Assembly: GCA_002269645.1 (NCBI GenBank)
Contig: NIVC01001983.1
Coordinates: 62,001 to 126,000, forward strand
Length of the DNA stretch: 64,000 nt
Direction: 5' to 3'
Source: Macrostomum lignano
Taxonomy: Eukaryota
Of the stretch, positions 1 to 13,919 are shown one piece after another. The first letter of the stretch is position 1. Each line of letters opens with the position of its first letter. The notes beneath the pieces were generated by a model. The model was not told where the DNA came from. It did no database searches and was given only the letters and a program-made list of their open reading frames with translations. The position numbers and the translations under genes were made by a program.

Positions 1-146
1 CCACTTCCCCCGTTTCTGCCAGACACCGGTCGCGGACACGACAGCTCCGCGGCAGTCTCCATCTGGATTTGGCCTTCTGTGTACTTAAACTGCCGACATG
101 GGGCTGTAAACACTGCGTCTCCGTCTGCCTCCTTCTGGGTTGAATT
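1..146 (-). CDS. Probable exon of an unidentified gene, at the window edge
   Basis: Minus-strand acceptor TTTTTCGTTTTGAGTTTCTCAG ends at 147, followed by GC-rich sequence. One frame reads FNPEGGRRRRSVYSPMSAV* (stop 85-87); the other two are open to the window edge. The frame is unresolved and no family was recognised. Confidence 0.3.
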
Positions 147-214
147 CTGAGAAACTCAAAACGAAAAATAGAAAGCTGTGCATGGAGCTTTGTGAAACAG
201 ATTTGTGATCCACC

Positions 215-1244
215 CTGTGTCAGCAGCTGAGCAGCTGAGCAGATCATTCAATAGTCTACTGTGTCAGCAGCTGAGCAGCTCAGCAGATCATTCAATAGTC
301 TACTGTGTCAGCAGCTGAGCAGCTCAGCAGATCATTCAATAGTCTACTGTGTCAGCAGCTGAGCAGCTCAGCAGATCATTCAATAGTCTACTGTGTCAGC
401 AGCTGAGCAGATCAGCAGATCATTCAATAGTCTACTGTGTCAGCAGCTGAGCAGCTGAGCAGATCATTCAATAGTCTACTGTGTCAGCAGCTGAGCAGAT
501 CAGCAGATCATTCAATAGTCTACTGTGTCAGCAGCTGAGCAGCTCAGCAGATCATTCAATAGTCTACTGTGTCAGCAGCTCAGCAGATCATTCAATAGTC
601 TACTGTGTCAGCAGCTCAGCAGATCATTCAATAGTCTACTGTGTCAGCAGCTGAGCAGATCATTCAATAGTCTACTGTGTCAGCAGCTGAGCAGATCATT
701 CAATAGTCTACTGTGTCAGCAGCTGAGCAGATCATTCAATAGTCTACTGTGTCAGCAGCTGAGCAGATCATTCAATAGTCTACTGTGTCAGCAGCTGAGC
801 AGATCATTCAATAGTCTACTGTGTCAGCAGCTGAGCAGATCATTCAATAGTCTACTGTGTCAGCAGCTTAGCAGCTCAGCAGATCATTCAATAGTCTACT
901 GTGTCAGCAGCTGAGCAGCTCAGCAGATCATTCAATAGTCTACTGTGTCAGCAGCTGAGCAGCTCAGCAGATCATTCAATAGTCTACTGTGTCAGCAGCT
1001 GAGCAGCTCAGCAGATCATTCAATAGTCTACTGTGTCAGCAGCTGAGCAGCTGAGCAGATCATTCAATAGTCTACTGTGTCAGCAGCTCAGCAGCTCAGC
1101 AGATCATTCAATAGTCTACTGTGTCAGCAGCTGAGCAGCTGAGCAGATCATTCAATAGTCTAATGTGTCAGCAGCTGAGCAGCTGAGCAGATCATTCAAT
1201 AGTCTAATGTGTCAGCAGCTTAGCAGCTCAGCAGATCATTCAAT
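215..1244. repeat. Minisatellite, 36/44-bp unit (TGTGTCAGCAGCTGAGCAGATCATTCAATAGTCTAC, optional extra GCTSAGCA)
   Basis: Direct tandem copies; accounts for ORF 525..914 (QQLSRSFNSLLC repeats). Confidence 0.97.
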
Positions 1245-2046
1245 ACCAGACGCACGAATCGAATGCAATTGACTTTATTACGAGCTATATTTTCAAATCT
1301 ATATGCATTTGGACCTTCTCTATATGCCATTTATCATCGTCTCAGTCTCAGATTATACGGTGGATGCGGCATCCGCTATACTGAATCAGTCTGCTTCTCC
1401 TAGTCCCAAGGATTTTTTCCTAAAAATCTGGCTGCAGACCGGAGGCCCGCATTAGAATGAGAATATGTGTGCCTGTGGGCTGGAGAGAGAGAGGAGAAGA
1501 TGGCTGCTAGGCGGCCGGGGTTGTTGCCACCAGAAGAAGAAGCCCCAGCAACAGCAGACAAGGCCTAAGGGTTGGGGGGAGGTCCTGATGCCTGTCATGA
1601 AATTTTAAGGCTGAGAGCTGGCAAGGAGACTGGGGCACTCTCTTCCCTTCCTGGCTGTCTCTTATTTTCGCCATCACCCCCCGAGGCAGCAGCTCTGAAG
1701 TCAGGCAATACCGCCGCCTCCTCTCCCTGGCCTCTGCACACAATGAAAGCTGCTGCTCCACTGCATCCACTGACTGCGCGTTGAAGTTAAGAAAGTGGGA
1801 AACTGCCCCCCCCCCTGATGCAGCAGCTCGTTTCCTCCTACCGTAAGCTCTTTGCTAGGCAACAGGCTGTGTGGCTTAGGCTAGATACGCTTAGCTGAGC
1901 AGTGCTTACTCGTGTTTCTCTCTCATTGTCTCGGCGTTTATACAGCTGCCAGCATCAGAATCATGTACTTTTAAGGTGGGAGGGAGAAAGACACCCTTAA
2001 AACTGTTTTGAAAGCCAGTAAATGGATCAGTTAGCTGACAGAATCC

Positions 2047-2250
2047 CTGAAGGGTAGGTGCGTTCTTCTCCTAATGCATCAGGTCATTGTCTGAAGGGTA
2101 GTGCCTTCTCCTAATGCATCAGGTCATTGTCTGAAGGGTAGTGCCTTCTCCTAATGCATCAGGTCATTGTCTGAAGGGTAGTGCCTTCTCCTAATGCATC
2201 AGGTCATTGTCTGAAGGGTAGTGCCTTCTTCGTCTAATGCATTGATCAGG
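2047..2250. repeat. Minisatellite, 40-bp unit (CTGAAGGGTAGTGCCTTCTCCTAATGCATCAGGTCATTGT), about 5 copies
   Basis: Direct tandem copies. Confidence 0.93.
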
Positions 2251-2297
2251 CCATTTATATCTGGAGTTTAAAAATTGAAATTTTGGTGCCTTATCAG

Positions 2298-5200
2298 GTG
2301 AAGAGGAGAGATTTAGGGAGATCCATAGTGAGTAGATGGAGACAGGGAGAGAGATTTAGAGAGATCCATAGTGAGTAGATGGAGACAGGGCAGATTTAGG
2401 GAGATCCATAGTGAGTAGATGAAGACAGGGAGAGAGATTTAGGGAGATCCATAGTGAGTAGATGGAGACAGGGAGAGAGATTTAGCCAGATTCATAGTGA
2501 GTAGATGGAGACAGGGCAGATTTAAGGAGATCCATAGTGAGTAGATGGAGACAGGGCAGATTTAGGGAGATCCATAGTGAGTAGATGGAGACATGGAGAG
2601 AGATTTAGAGAGATCCATAGTAAGTAGATGGAGACATGGAGAGAGATTTAGAGAGATCCATAGTGAGTAGATGGAGACAGGGTAGATTTAGGGAGATCCA
2701 TAGTGAGTAGATGGAGACAGGGCAGATTTAGGGAGATCCATAGTGAGTAGATGGAGACAGGGCAGATTTAGGGAGATCCATAGTGAGTAGATGGAGACAG
2801 GGCAGATTTAGGGAGATCCATAGTGAGTAGATGGAGACAGGGCAGATTTAGGGAGATCCATAGTGAGTAGATGGAGACAGGGCAGATTTAGGGAGATCCA
2901 TAGTGAGTAGATGGAGACATGGAGAGAGATTTAGAGAGATCCATAGTAAGTAGATGGAGACATGGAGAGAGATTTAGAGAGATCCATAGTGAGTAGATGG
3001 AGACAGGGCAGATTTAGGGAGATCCATAGTGAGTAGATGGAGACAGGGCAGATTTAGGGAGATCCATAGTGAGTAGATGGAGACATGGAGAGAGATTTAG
3101 AGAGATCCATAGTAAGTAGATGGAGACATGGAGAGAGATTTAGAGAGATCCATAGTGAGTAGATGGAGACAGGGCAGATTTAGGGAGATCCATAGTGAGT
3201 AGATGGAGACAGGGCAGATTTAGGGAGATCCATAGTGAGTAGATGGAGACAGGGTAGATTTAGGGAGATCCATAGTGAGTAGATGGAGACAGGGCAGATT
3301 TAGGGAGATCCATAGTGAGTAGATGGAGACAGGGCAGATTTAGGGAGATCCATAGTGAGTAGATGGAGACAGGGCAGATTTAGGGAGATCCATACTGAGT
3401 AGATGGAGACAGGGCAGATTTAGGGAGATCCATAGTGAGTAGATGGAGACAGGGCAGATTTAGAGAGATCCATAGTGAGTAGATGGAGACAGGGAGAGAG
3501 ATTTAGGGAGATCCATAGTGAGTAGATGGAGACAGGGCAGATTTAGGGAGATCCATAGTGAGTAGATGGAGACAGGGCAGATTTAGAGAGATCCATAGTG
3601 AGTAGATGGAGACAGGGAGAGAGATTTAGGGAGATCCATAGTGAGTAGATGGAGACAGGGAGAGAGATTTAGGGAGATCCATAGTGAGTAGATGGAGACA
3701 GGGCAGATTTAGGGAGATCCATAGTGAGTAGATGGAGACATGGAGAGAGATTTAGAGAGATCCATAGTGAGTAGATGGAGACAGGGCAGATTTAGGGAGA
3801 TCCATAGTGAGTAGATGGAGACATGGAGAGAGATTTAGAGAGATCCATAGTAAGTAGATGGAGACATGGAGAGAGATTTAGAGAGATCCATAGTGAGTAG
3901 ATGGAGACAGGGTAGATTTAGGGAGATCCATAGTGAGTAGATGGAGACAGGGCAGATTTAGGGAGATCCATAGTGAGTAGATGGAGACAGGGCAGATTTA
4001 GGGAGATCCATAGTGAGTAGATGGAGACAGGGCAGATTTAGGGAGATCCATAGTGAGTAGATGGAGACAGGGCAGATTTAGGGAGATCCATAGTGAGTAG
4101 ATGGAGACAGGGCAGATTTAGGGAGATCCATAGTGAGTAGATGGAGACATGGAGAGAGATTTAGAGAGATCCATAGTAAGTAGATGGAGACATGGAGAGA
4201 GATTTAGAGAGATCCATAGTGAGTAGATGGAGACAGGGCAGATTTAGGGAGATCCATAGTGAGTAGATGGAGACAGGGCAGATTTAGGGAGATCCATAGT
4301 GAGTAGATGGAGACATGGAGAGAGATTTAGAGAGATCCATAGTAAGTAGATGGAGACATGGAGAGAGATTTAGAGAGATCCATAGTGAGTAGATGGAGAC
4401 AGGGCAGATTTAGGGAGATCCATAGTGAGTAGATGGAGACAGGGCAGATTTAGAGAGATCCATAGTAAGTAGATGGAGACATGGAGAGAGATTTAGAGAG
4501 ATCCATAGTGAGTAGATGGAGACAGGGCAGATTTAGGGAGATCCATACTGAGTAGATGGAGACAGGGCAGATTTAGGGAGATCCATAGTGAGTAGATGGA
4601 GACAGGGCAGATTTAGGGAGATCCATAGTGAGTAGATGGAGACAGGGCAGATTTAGGGAGATCCATAGTGAGTAGATGGAGACAGGGCAGATTTAGGGAG
4701 ATCCATAGTGAGTAGATGGAGACAGGGCAGATTTAGGGAGATCCATAGTGAGTAGATGGAGACAGGGCAGATTTAGGGAGATCCATACTGAGTAGATGGA
4801 GACAGGGCAGATTTAGGGAGATCCATAGTGAGTAGATGGAGACAGGGCAGATTTAGGGAGATCCATAGTGAGTAGATGGAGACAGGGCAGATTTAGGGAG
4901 ATCCATAGTGAGTAGATGGAGACAGGGAGAGAGATTTAGCCAGATCCATAGTGAGTAGATGGAGACAGGGCAGATTTAGGGAGATCCATAGTGAGTAGAT
5001 GGAGACATGGAGAGAGATTTAGAGAGATCCATAGTGAGTAGATGGAGACAGGGCAGATTTAGGGAGATCCATAGTGAGTAGATGGAGACATGGAGAGAGA
5101 TTTAGAGAGATCCATAGTAAGTAGATGGAGACATGGAGAGAGATTTAGAGAGATCCATAGTGAGTAGATGGAGACAGGGTAGATTTAGGGAGATCCATAG

Positions 5201-5552
5201 TGAGTAGATGGAGACAGGGCAGATTTAGGGAGATCCATAGTGAGTAGATGGAGACAGGGCAGATTTAGGGAGATCCATAGTGAGTAGATGGAGACAGGGC
5301 AGATTTAGGGAGATCCATAGTGAGTAGATGGAGACAGGGCAGATTTAGAAAGATCCATAGTGAGTAGATGGAGACAGGGAGAGAGATTTAGGGAGATCCA
5401 TAGTGAGTAGATGGAGACAGGGCAGATTTAGGGAGATCCATAGTGAGTAGATGAAGACAGGGCAGATTTAGAGAGATCCATAGTGAGTAGATGGAGACAG
5501 GGAGAGAGATTTAGGGAGATCCATAGTGAGTAGATGGAGACAGGGGAGATTA
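2298..5552. repeat. Satellite array, 40/43-bp unit (GATTTAGGGAGATCCATAGTGAGTAGATGGAGACAGGGCA) with higher-order block duplication
   Basis: About 3.25 kb of tandem units. The variant pattern at 2641 recurs at 3871 (offset 1230) and again near 5140. Confidence 0.97.
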
Positions 5553-7664
5553 AGAGACATGAGCAGCTGCAGTGGTAGAGTGTGAGAATGACAGATATTC
5601 ATGACGCAGACTGCAATGCTAAGTTATGAACGCAGTTTCAAGCTTCCACCCTGGGCAAACTCTGTGAAGTAGAATTCTTACTAGCTCATGGAGCTAACAA
5701 ATTTTCCAATCAATATTGGCATTTGCAAGTCGCAGGCCTCTCAGAGGCAGTTGCGGCGCGCTTGACATTCAAGTTATTTTCTGAAATTCACTCCGGGCAG
5801 AGCCTTGGCAGTCGGAAAGCGGACTTGGCCCGTAATTCAATTAAAAAGCAGCCCAGACACCGAAGTACCCCCGCCTTGGCTTCGGCGTTCACTTTGAGGA
5901 GAGATTGCTAATAAAATGAATTCGCTGTGCACCAGGTACTGCATGAATAATTCCCTTAAGTCTCTAAGCTGGCACTAATTGAGTTTGTCAAGCTCTCGTT
6001 CCGTTGAGGATTGGGGCAGTAAAAATGGAGTTTAAAATAGCAAAGTCTGCCGCGAGTCAAAGTCATCTCTGTGGCTGGGTTCGATCAAAACAGCCCCTCT
6101 TCTATTTCTGGCGATCTCTCAAAGGTCGGCGCAACTCACCGGGCCGAAACTCGAAAGCCTGTCAGCTCCCTCTGCTGCTCTCGCTGATCGGGTGGTGCAG
6201 TGTAGCTCGGGAGCTTGATCTGTCTGATGGTGGACAAGGGGTGAGACTTGGCCCGTGCTTTTTGGGGTTACTATATTAGCTAATCTTCCACCGCGCTCCT
6301 CCCTGTCCCCGGCCCCCTATCTGCTCTCCTTTATCCCCCTCTGGGCGCTGGCTGGCTCTCAAAATACAGAAGATTGGCTGGCTGGCTCTCCGGAATGGAA
6401 GCGGCATGCGGTGCGGTAGCTGGGGGAGGGGAAGGCGGAGGCGGGAGAGCCGCCTGGGGGGTCTGAGCTGGTGGCATGGCAGCTGCTGCATCAACCGCTG
6501 GCTCTGAGTACACACGAACACAACACACACTGCTATAGCACCTGAGAGCCTGAGGCCAAGGCGCATAGTTAATGGCGCTGATACGGCCGCGCGGAATTGG
6601 ACTGCTCCGGTGAGGGGAGGGGAGATATTGAGACATCTGGGTCCGAGGCAGAACGGAAGAAGCGAGCGTGTTTAGCTGTCTCCCCAGCCAGCCCCCTTCT
6701 GCTGCGTTCCCAAACCGCTGGTGGGAACCAGGGATGTGCAATCGATGAAGAGAGTGACGTGAAATGATTTTTCTCTGTTGGGTTGAACTACCGATTGGTA
6801 ATGTATTTTCTGGATAGTAGGCCTTTTAAACAGCCGGCTGGGACACGCAGGCTTGTACTACAAGATGAATCGAGGACCAGGCAGAGAGAGAGAGAGTGGA
6901 CTCCGCGGGGATTGTCCCTGAGGATTATTCTCCCAAAAAACTTCGCCCAGCCACTTTTTTCAAACCCTTCCCTTCTAAAGCACTTTGCATGGCTGAGAAA
7001 CAAAGGAGAAAAATCAGCAGGTGATGATTTGAGTTCAAACTGTAGCTTAATTCACATTTGGCCTGGGCAATGCTACACAGCCACAATGGCATCTGTGTGA
7101 CTCCCAATTGTTCAACCTCCGCGGTATGAGGTTTGGTTTCTGAGTCAATCCACTCTTACATTCACATCCTGCTGCATCCTCTCCGCCATCCTCCCTTGCC
7201 CCATCTACCCACCCCAGCAGCCGGAGTACGACCGTATCTGGTATCGGCGCCGGCTGTGGGTCTATTTTTAACCATTGCTGTTATTCTATTAGCAATTCCA
7301 CGCCTACGGGTTTTCGACTCTCTCTCTAATCCTCAGCTTCGCTCTCTGAGTCGAACTGGCGTCCTCACTCTGGGAGCGAGTGAATGAGTGAGTGTTGACC
7401 TGCTTCAGAGTCTCCGTGATCTCTCCGCTCCCCCCATGGGAGCCGGGCGGAACCCGCTATAATTCGACGTGCTAAAAAGCATTTTCTTTAATCTCTCCGG
7501 TTCACAATTCTAGAGAGCGGCACGTATTCTTCGAATTAAGTATGGCAATAATCCGCAATGCCGTGCTCTTGTGCCGGTTGTAAAACATTTATCGAATCCT
7601 CTCCTCTCGTCTGTTGTCGCCAGGTTTTAAGAGGCCTAAATCACTGGGATGTGTAGTGGAGTAT

Positions 7665-8413
7665 TAGCTCACTGAGGGATTGGATAGATTGGTCAGTAGC
7701 TCACTGAGGGATTGGATAGATGGGTCAGTAGCTAACTGAGGGATTGGGCAGAGGAGGGTCAGTAGCTGAGGGATTGGGTAGAGGGGTCAGTAGCTCACTG
7801 GGGGATTGGGTAGAGGGTCAATAGCTGAGGGATTGGGAAAAGGAGTCAGTAGCTCACTGAGGAATTGGGTACGAGTAGAGGGGTCAGTAGCTGAGGGATT
7901 GGTTGGACGGGTCAGTAGCTGAGGGATTGGGTAGAGGGGTCAGTAGCTCACTGGGGGATTGGGTAGAGGGTCAATAGCTGAGGGATTGGGAAAAGGAGTC
8001 AGTAGCTCACTGAGGAATTGGGTACGAGTAGAGGGGTCAGTAGCTGAGGGATTGGGTAGAGGGGTCAGTAGCTCACCGAGGGATTGGGTAGAGGGGTCAG
8101 TAGCTCACCGAGGGATTGGGTAGAGGGGTCAGTAGCTCACCGAGGGATTGGGTAGAGGGGTCAGTAGCTCACCGAGGGATTGGGTAGAGGGGTCAGTAGC
8201 TCACCGAGGGATTGGGTAGAGGGGTCAGTAGCTCACCGAGGGATTGGGTAGAGGGGTCAGTAGCTCACCGAGGGATTGGGTAGAGGGGTCAGTAGCTCAC
8301 CGAGGGATTGGGTAGAGGGGTCAGTAGCTCACCGAGGGATTGGGTAGAGGGGTCAGTAGCTCACCGAGGGATTGGGTAGAGGGGTCAGTAGCTCACCGAG
8401 GGATTGGGTAGAG
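7665..8413. repeat. G-rich minisatellite, 32-bp unit (GAGGGATTGGGTAGAGGGGTCAGTAGCTCACC)
   Basis: Degenerate on the left, near-perfect from 8047 to 8413. Confidence 0.95.
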
Positions 8414-8857
8414 GGCTCTTTGGTCATTGAAGGACGGAAGCTGTAATAGAGGTTTCATCAGCTAATCGATCTCATCATTTGATGATGCATGTTACACCTC
8501 AAACTGCTAAGAAAATTGCACACTGTATCATGGCCGGAGAACCAATATCTGAACACAAGTGCCTTGCCTAAAATACGTCAGTATTCCACTTTACAATGCA
8601 TCGCATATCCTATACCATCATAGAGATGTAATAAAAATTATTTCAATATTTGCTTTCTCCCTTCATCTGATCTACAGGAAAATCAGCAGCAAGCATCACT
8701 TCCACGGATTCAACAATTTTGCAGCTAAACTCAGTTTCCACTTTTAAGGGACTGAAGGGTTTTCGACCAGTCAGTCTGATTAACACGAACAGGTTTTACT
8801 GTCTATATGTAAGCAGTGTTTCATGGGGTAATTGATTCTTCCAACTCAAAAAACTGC

Positions 8858-10985
8858 TTCTGTTACTGTCCGACACTGTTTCTGTTACTGTCCGACACTG
8901 TTTCTGTTACTGTCCGACACTGTTTCTGTTCTGTCCGACACTGTTTCTGATACTGTCCGACACTGGATCTGTCACTGTCCGACACTGTTTCTGTCACTGT
9001 CCGACACTGGATCTGTCACTGTCCGACACTGTTTCTGTTACTGTCCGACACTGGATCTGTCACTGTCCGACACTGGATCTGTCACTGTCCGACACTGGAT
9101 CTGTCACTGTCCGACACTGGATCTGTCACTGTCCGACACTGGATCTGTCACTGTCCGACACTGGATCTGTCACTGTCCGACACTGTTTCTGTTACTGTCC
9201 GACACAGGATCTGTCACTGTCCGACACTGTTTCTGATACTGTCCGACACTGTTTCTGATACTGTCCGACACTGTTTCTGTTACTGTCCGACACTGTTTCT
9301 GATACTGTCCGACACTGTTTCTGTTACTGTCCGACACTGTTTCTGTTACTGTCCGACACTGTTTCTGTTCTGTCCGACACTGTTTCTGATACTGTCCGAC
9401 ACTGGATCTGTCACTGTCCGACACTGTTTCTGTCACTGTCCGACACTGGATCTGTCACTGTCCGACACTGTTTCTGTTACTGTCCGACACTGGATCTGTC
9501 ACTGTCCGACACTGGATCTGTCACTGTCCGACACTGGATCTGTCACTGTCCGACACTGGATCTGTCACTGTCCGACACTGGATCTGTCACTGTCCGACAC
9601 TGGATCTGTCACTGTCCGACACTGTTTCTGTTACTGTCCGACACTGGATCTGTCACTGTCCGACACTGGATCTGTCACTGTCCGACACTGGATCTGTCAC
9701 TGTCCGACACTGGATCTGTCACTGTCCGACACTGTTTCTGTTACTGTCCGACACTGTTTCTGATACTGTCCGACACTGGATCTGTCACTGTCTATCACTG
9801 TTTCTGATACTGTCCGACAATGTTTCTGTTCTGACCGACACTGTTTCTGTTCTGTCCGACACTGTTTCTGATACTGTCCGACAATGTTTCTGTTCTGACC
9901 GACACTGTTTCTGTTCCGTCCGACACTATTTCTGATACTGTCCGACAATGTTTCTGTTACTGTCCGACACTGTTTCTGTTCTGTCCGACACTGTTTCTGA
10001 TACTGTCCGACACTGGATCTGTCACTGTCTATCACTGTTTCCGATACTGTCCGACACTGTTTCCGTTACTGTCCGACACTGTTTCTGATACTGTCCGACA
10101 CTGTTTCCGTTACTGTCCGACACTGTTTCTGTTCTGTCAGACACTGTTTCTGATACTGTCCGACACTGTTTCTGATACTGTCCGACACTGTTTCTGATAC
10201 TGTCCGACACTGTTTCTGATACTGTCCGACACTGTTTCCGTTACTCTCCGACACTGTTTCTGATACTGTCCGACACTGTTTCTGATACTGTCCGACACTG
10301 TTTCTGATACTGTCCAACACTGTTTCTGATACTGTCCGAAACTGTTTCTGATACTGTCCGAAACTGTTTCTGATACTGTCCAACACTGTTTCTGATACTG
10401 TCCGACACTGTTTCTGATACTGTCCGACACTGTTTCTGATACTGTCCGACACTGTTTCCGTTACTCTCCGACACTGTTTCTGATACTGTCCAACACTGTT
10501 TCTGATACTGTCCGACACTGTTTCTGATACTGTCCGACACTGTTTCCGTTACTCTCCGACACTGTTTCTGATACTGTCCGACACTGTTTCCGTTACTGTC
10601 CGACACTGTTTCTGATACTGTCCGACACTGTTTCCGTTACTCTCCGACACTGTTTCTGATACTGTCCGACACTGTTTCCGTTGCTGCCCGACACTGTTTC
10701 CGTTACTGTCCGACACTGTTTCTGATACTGTCCGACACTGTTTCTGTTACTGTCCGAAACTGTTTCTGTTACTGTCCGACACTGTTTCTGATACTGTCCG
10801 AAACTGTTTCCGTTACTGCCCGACACTGTTTCTGATACTGTCTGTCACTGTTTCTGATACTGTCCGACACTGTTTCTGATACTGTCTGTCACTGTTTCTG
10901 ATACTGTCCGACACTGTTTCTGTTCTGTCCAACACTGGATCGGACTGTCCGACACTGGTTGTTGCTGTCCGAAACTGGTTCTGTG
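8858..10985. repeat. Minisatellite, 22-bp unit (TACTGTCCGACACTGTTTCTGA and CACTGTCCGACACTGGATCTGT variants)
   Basis: Tandem copies; accounts for all ORFs between 8832 and 10826. Confidence 0.97.
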
Positions 10986-11650
10986 ACTGTCCGACAGGTT
11001 CTATCGCTGTCGAAAACTAGTAAATACAATTTAAATAAATCAAACTCATAAGCGAGAATCTTGTATTTTTAAAAACTCCTTTCGATTAGAAGCGTAAAGT
11101 TTGTGTGCCCTGCAGTGCACAGTGCCCCAATGTTTTAGTGAAATATATCTTTGTTGATTCACTCGAACATTAGAAAGTACAATCGAAAGAAAGCATAGGC
11201 AAACGTAACAGACAGTGAACTAATACACACGGAAGTCCAGCTTGGGGACTGCACTATGTATAGTGGGAAAATCACAGAGGAAATTCAACTATAGACTTAT
11301 TAAGTTGATAATATATATATATATATATAGTTAACATACCATAATATGAATATAGTAGGCACAGAACCACTGGCCCACTGCCTTGGGTGATTAGACAGAG
11401 ATAATATTATTATAATAATTAATGCCGTTCATATAAATTTATGTGAACCTGCTTTAGGTCTCGCAGTAGTATACGCTGAATAATCAATCTTAGAAAAGCG
11501 CAACAACAACATTTCTTAGAAAGGCGAGCACAACACGCACGCTAAAGCAATGAGCCATGCGTTTGTACACTTGACCAAGGCCATAGGAAGTTTAGCCCTT
11601 TAATCAGTCCAGAGCCTCTAGCTAGAGCCCAATTTGCAGTTGCTGCCAGT

Positions 11651-13919
11651 TCAAGACATCTGCAGCAGAGCCGAAATAGCGGCGTCCTTGTTGCCGCCGT
11701 GGGCCTCTAGCACGGATTTGATTACTTCTGTGTCGGTGTCGGGGAACACCTCCTGCACGCTGCCAATGTCTGCATCCGTGATCTGCACAGGCTGCTGCTG
11801 CTGCTGCTGTTGATGAGGCCGCGGATGCTGGGCTGGGTAATAGCCGCCAGCTGGTATGTACTGGACCTGCGGCTGAGGCGGCAGGTTCTCCAATGTGAGC
11901 ACCAGGCTGATCATGCCCTCCTTATCGTCGCCTTGACGACCGCTAAGTGGATACCAGTCGTCTACGGTGCTGCCCTGTGTTGGAGATATCAGGAATATAT
12001 ACTTAGCCAAATAGACTACTTGTATAAGTAGCATTATGCAAATAGACTCACAGCTAGTGGCGCGAGAATCAGAGGCGCAAATATTTTTCTAATGCTCTGA
12101 GACAGAGGTATGTATTCAATGCTTTTGAATAAATTAGGAACCTAACAAAATATACATGCCTAACTTCGAATTTTCACCCAGCCGTGCGACTTACCTATGA
12201 AAAATTTTTTGTACCAATCAATGGTAATTTTGGGTAACCGGCAGGAGTAACTATAACTGTATTTTTAAGGCTAATTGCCTCGTCAGCTAATTAGTACTAA
12301 GCCTGTATTTTCTGGGTTTCTTATTAAACAAATAGCCATGCCATTTCAGAATATTTCATGTCCAAAGTTTCAATTCTAAACTATCCACTTTCGCAGAATG
12401 CTGCATTACATGGCCAGGACGCGAAATTTCGGAATCAGACCCCGAAAAAACCCAGACCAAACCCTCTCACCTGGAACACCCGAGCCGGCAACTGGATAAG
12501 AGTCCAAGCGATCCGGTCGTCCTCGGCAAACGTCATCTCATTGTAGATCTCGATGTTGATGGCGTCGACGCCGTCAAGGAGGAACACCGAGAATGATTTG
12601 CTCCAGCGCGGATTCTTGGAACCGTTGACCGCTGTTGGCGTCTCGAACACGTGATGGCCGACAGTGAGCCGGCAGTACGGATCCATGCGAGTGATGCCGT
12701 AGTTTTTGGCCAGCTTCGCCTGCGGAAACAGGCGCGGCGCGTCGCGCAAACATACTACTTATTAGCTAACTGAAGTATCGGTAGTGAAAACGCGTTTTGT
12801 CAATAAATATCGCAAACTGTGTGTATCGCAACTCTTTGTAAATTTTGATTAGATCAAAGGACCTGGCAGGGGCAGTAACAGGGCTTAAGGAGAGGGGGCT
12901 ACTCGCAGTAAAATGATGGCAGTCAAACAGCCCCATCTGCTTCCACGCCTCTCCTTCCCCTTCTGCTTCCACTCCTCTCCTTCCCCTTCCCCATCTGCTT
13001 CCACTCCTCTCCTTCCCCTTCCCCATCTGCTTCCACTCCTCTCCTTCCCCTTCCCCATCTGCTTCCACTCATCTCCTTCCCCTTCCCCATCTGCTTCCAC
13101 TCCTCTCCTTCCCCTTCCCCATCTGCTTCCACTCCTCTCCTTCCCCTTCCCCATCTGCTTCCACTCATCTCCTTCCCCTTCCCCATCTGCTTCCACTCAT
13201 CTCCTTCCCCTTCCCCATCTGCTTCCACTCCTCTCCTTCCCCTTCCCCATCTGCTTCCACTCATCTCCTTCCCCTTCCCCATCTGCTTCCACTCATCTCC
13301 TTCCCCTTCCCCATCTGCTTCCACTCCTCTCCTTCCCCTTCCCCATCTGCTTCCACTCATCTCCTTCCCCTTCCCCATCTGCTTCCACTCATCTCCTTCC
13401 CCTTCCCCATCTGCTTCCACTCATCTCCTTCCCCTTCCCCATCTGCTTCCACTCATCTCCTTCCCCTTCCCCATCTGCTTCCACTCATCTCCTTCCCCTC
13501 CCCACCTGCTTGTGTACCCCTCCTCTCACCCTCCTATCACCCCTCCATATATACGAGAGTGTCCCAGTAGTGTCACTTTTGCTTGCTTCCACAAGTATAT
13601 GCCTTAAAAAAGTTAGTGGCTTATTTTAGCTTTCATGGAACAAGTTCTCTACCTGGTTAACGGTGACAATCAGCCTGCCAATAGCATTGGGCGGCACATT
13701 ATAGAAGGCCTGCTGGTGCGAGAACTGGCTGACTGGCGGGTACTGCGGCCCGCCGGTCATCGAAACCCGCTGGCCGGGCGCTCCGGCTGGCGGTGCAATT
13801 CTTAGAAAATCAGGCCCCAGATCGCCTAGGAACACCTGGCGGCGACGGGCCTCGCGAATGGCTTCGGGACTGCCAGAGGCGGCAGCGTCGCTACTGGGCA
13901 CAGATTGAACCTCAGTCAT
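11651..13919 (-). CDS. TOLLIP: Toll-interacting protein (N-terminal TBD, C2 domain, C-terminal CUE domain), 279 aa
   Basis: Exons 13919-13653, 12719-12471 and 11974-11651, all with GT-AG phase-0 introns. Motifs: RQVFLGDLGPDFLRI; AKLAKNYGITRMDPYCRLTVGHHVFETPTAVNGSKNPRW; VDDWYPLSGRQGDDKEGMISLVL; VQEVFPDTDTEVIKSVLEAHGGNKDAAISALLQM. Confidence 0.95.
12930..13502. repeat. Pyrimidine-rich minisatellite, 32-bp unit (CCCCATCTGCTTCCACTCATCTCCTTCCCCTT), in TOLLIP intron 1
   Basis: Tandem copies; accounts for ORFs between 12766 and 13629. Confidence 0.96.
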
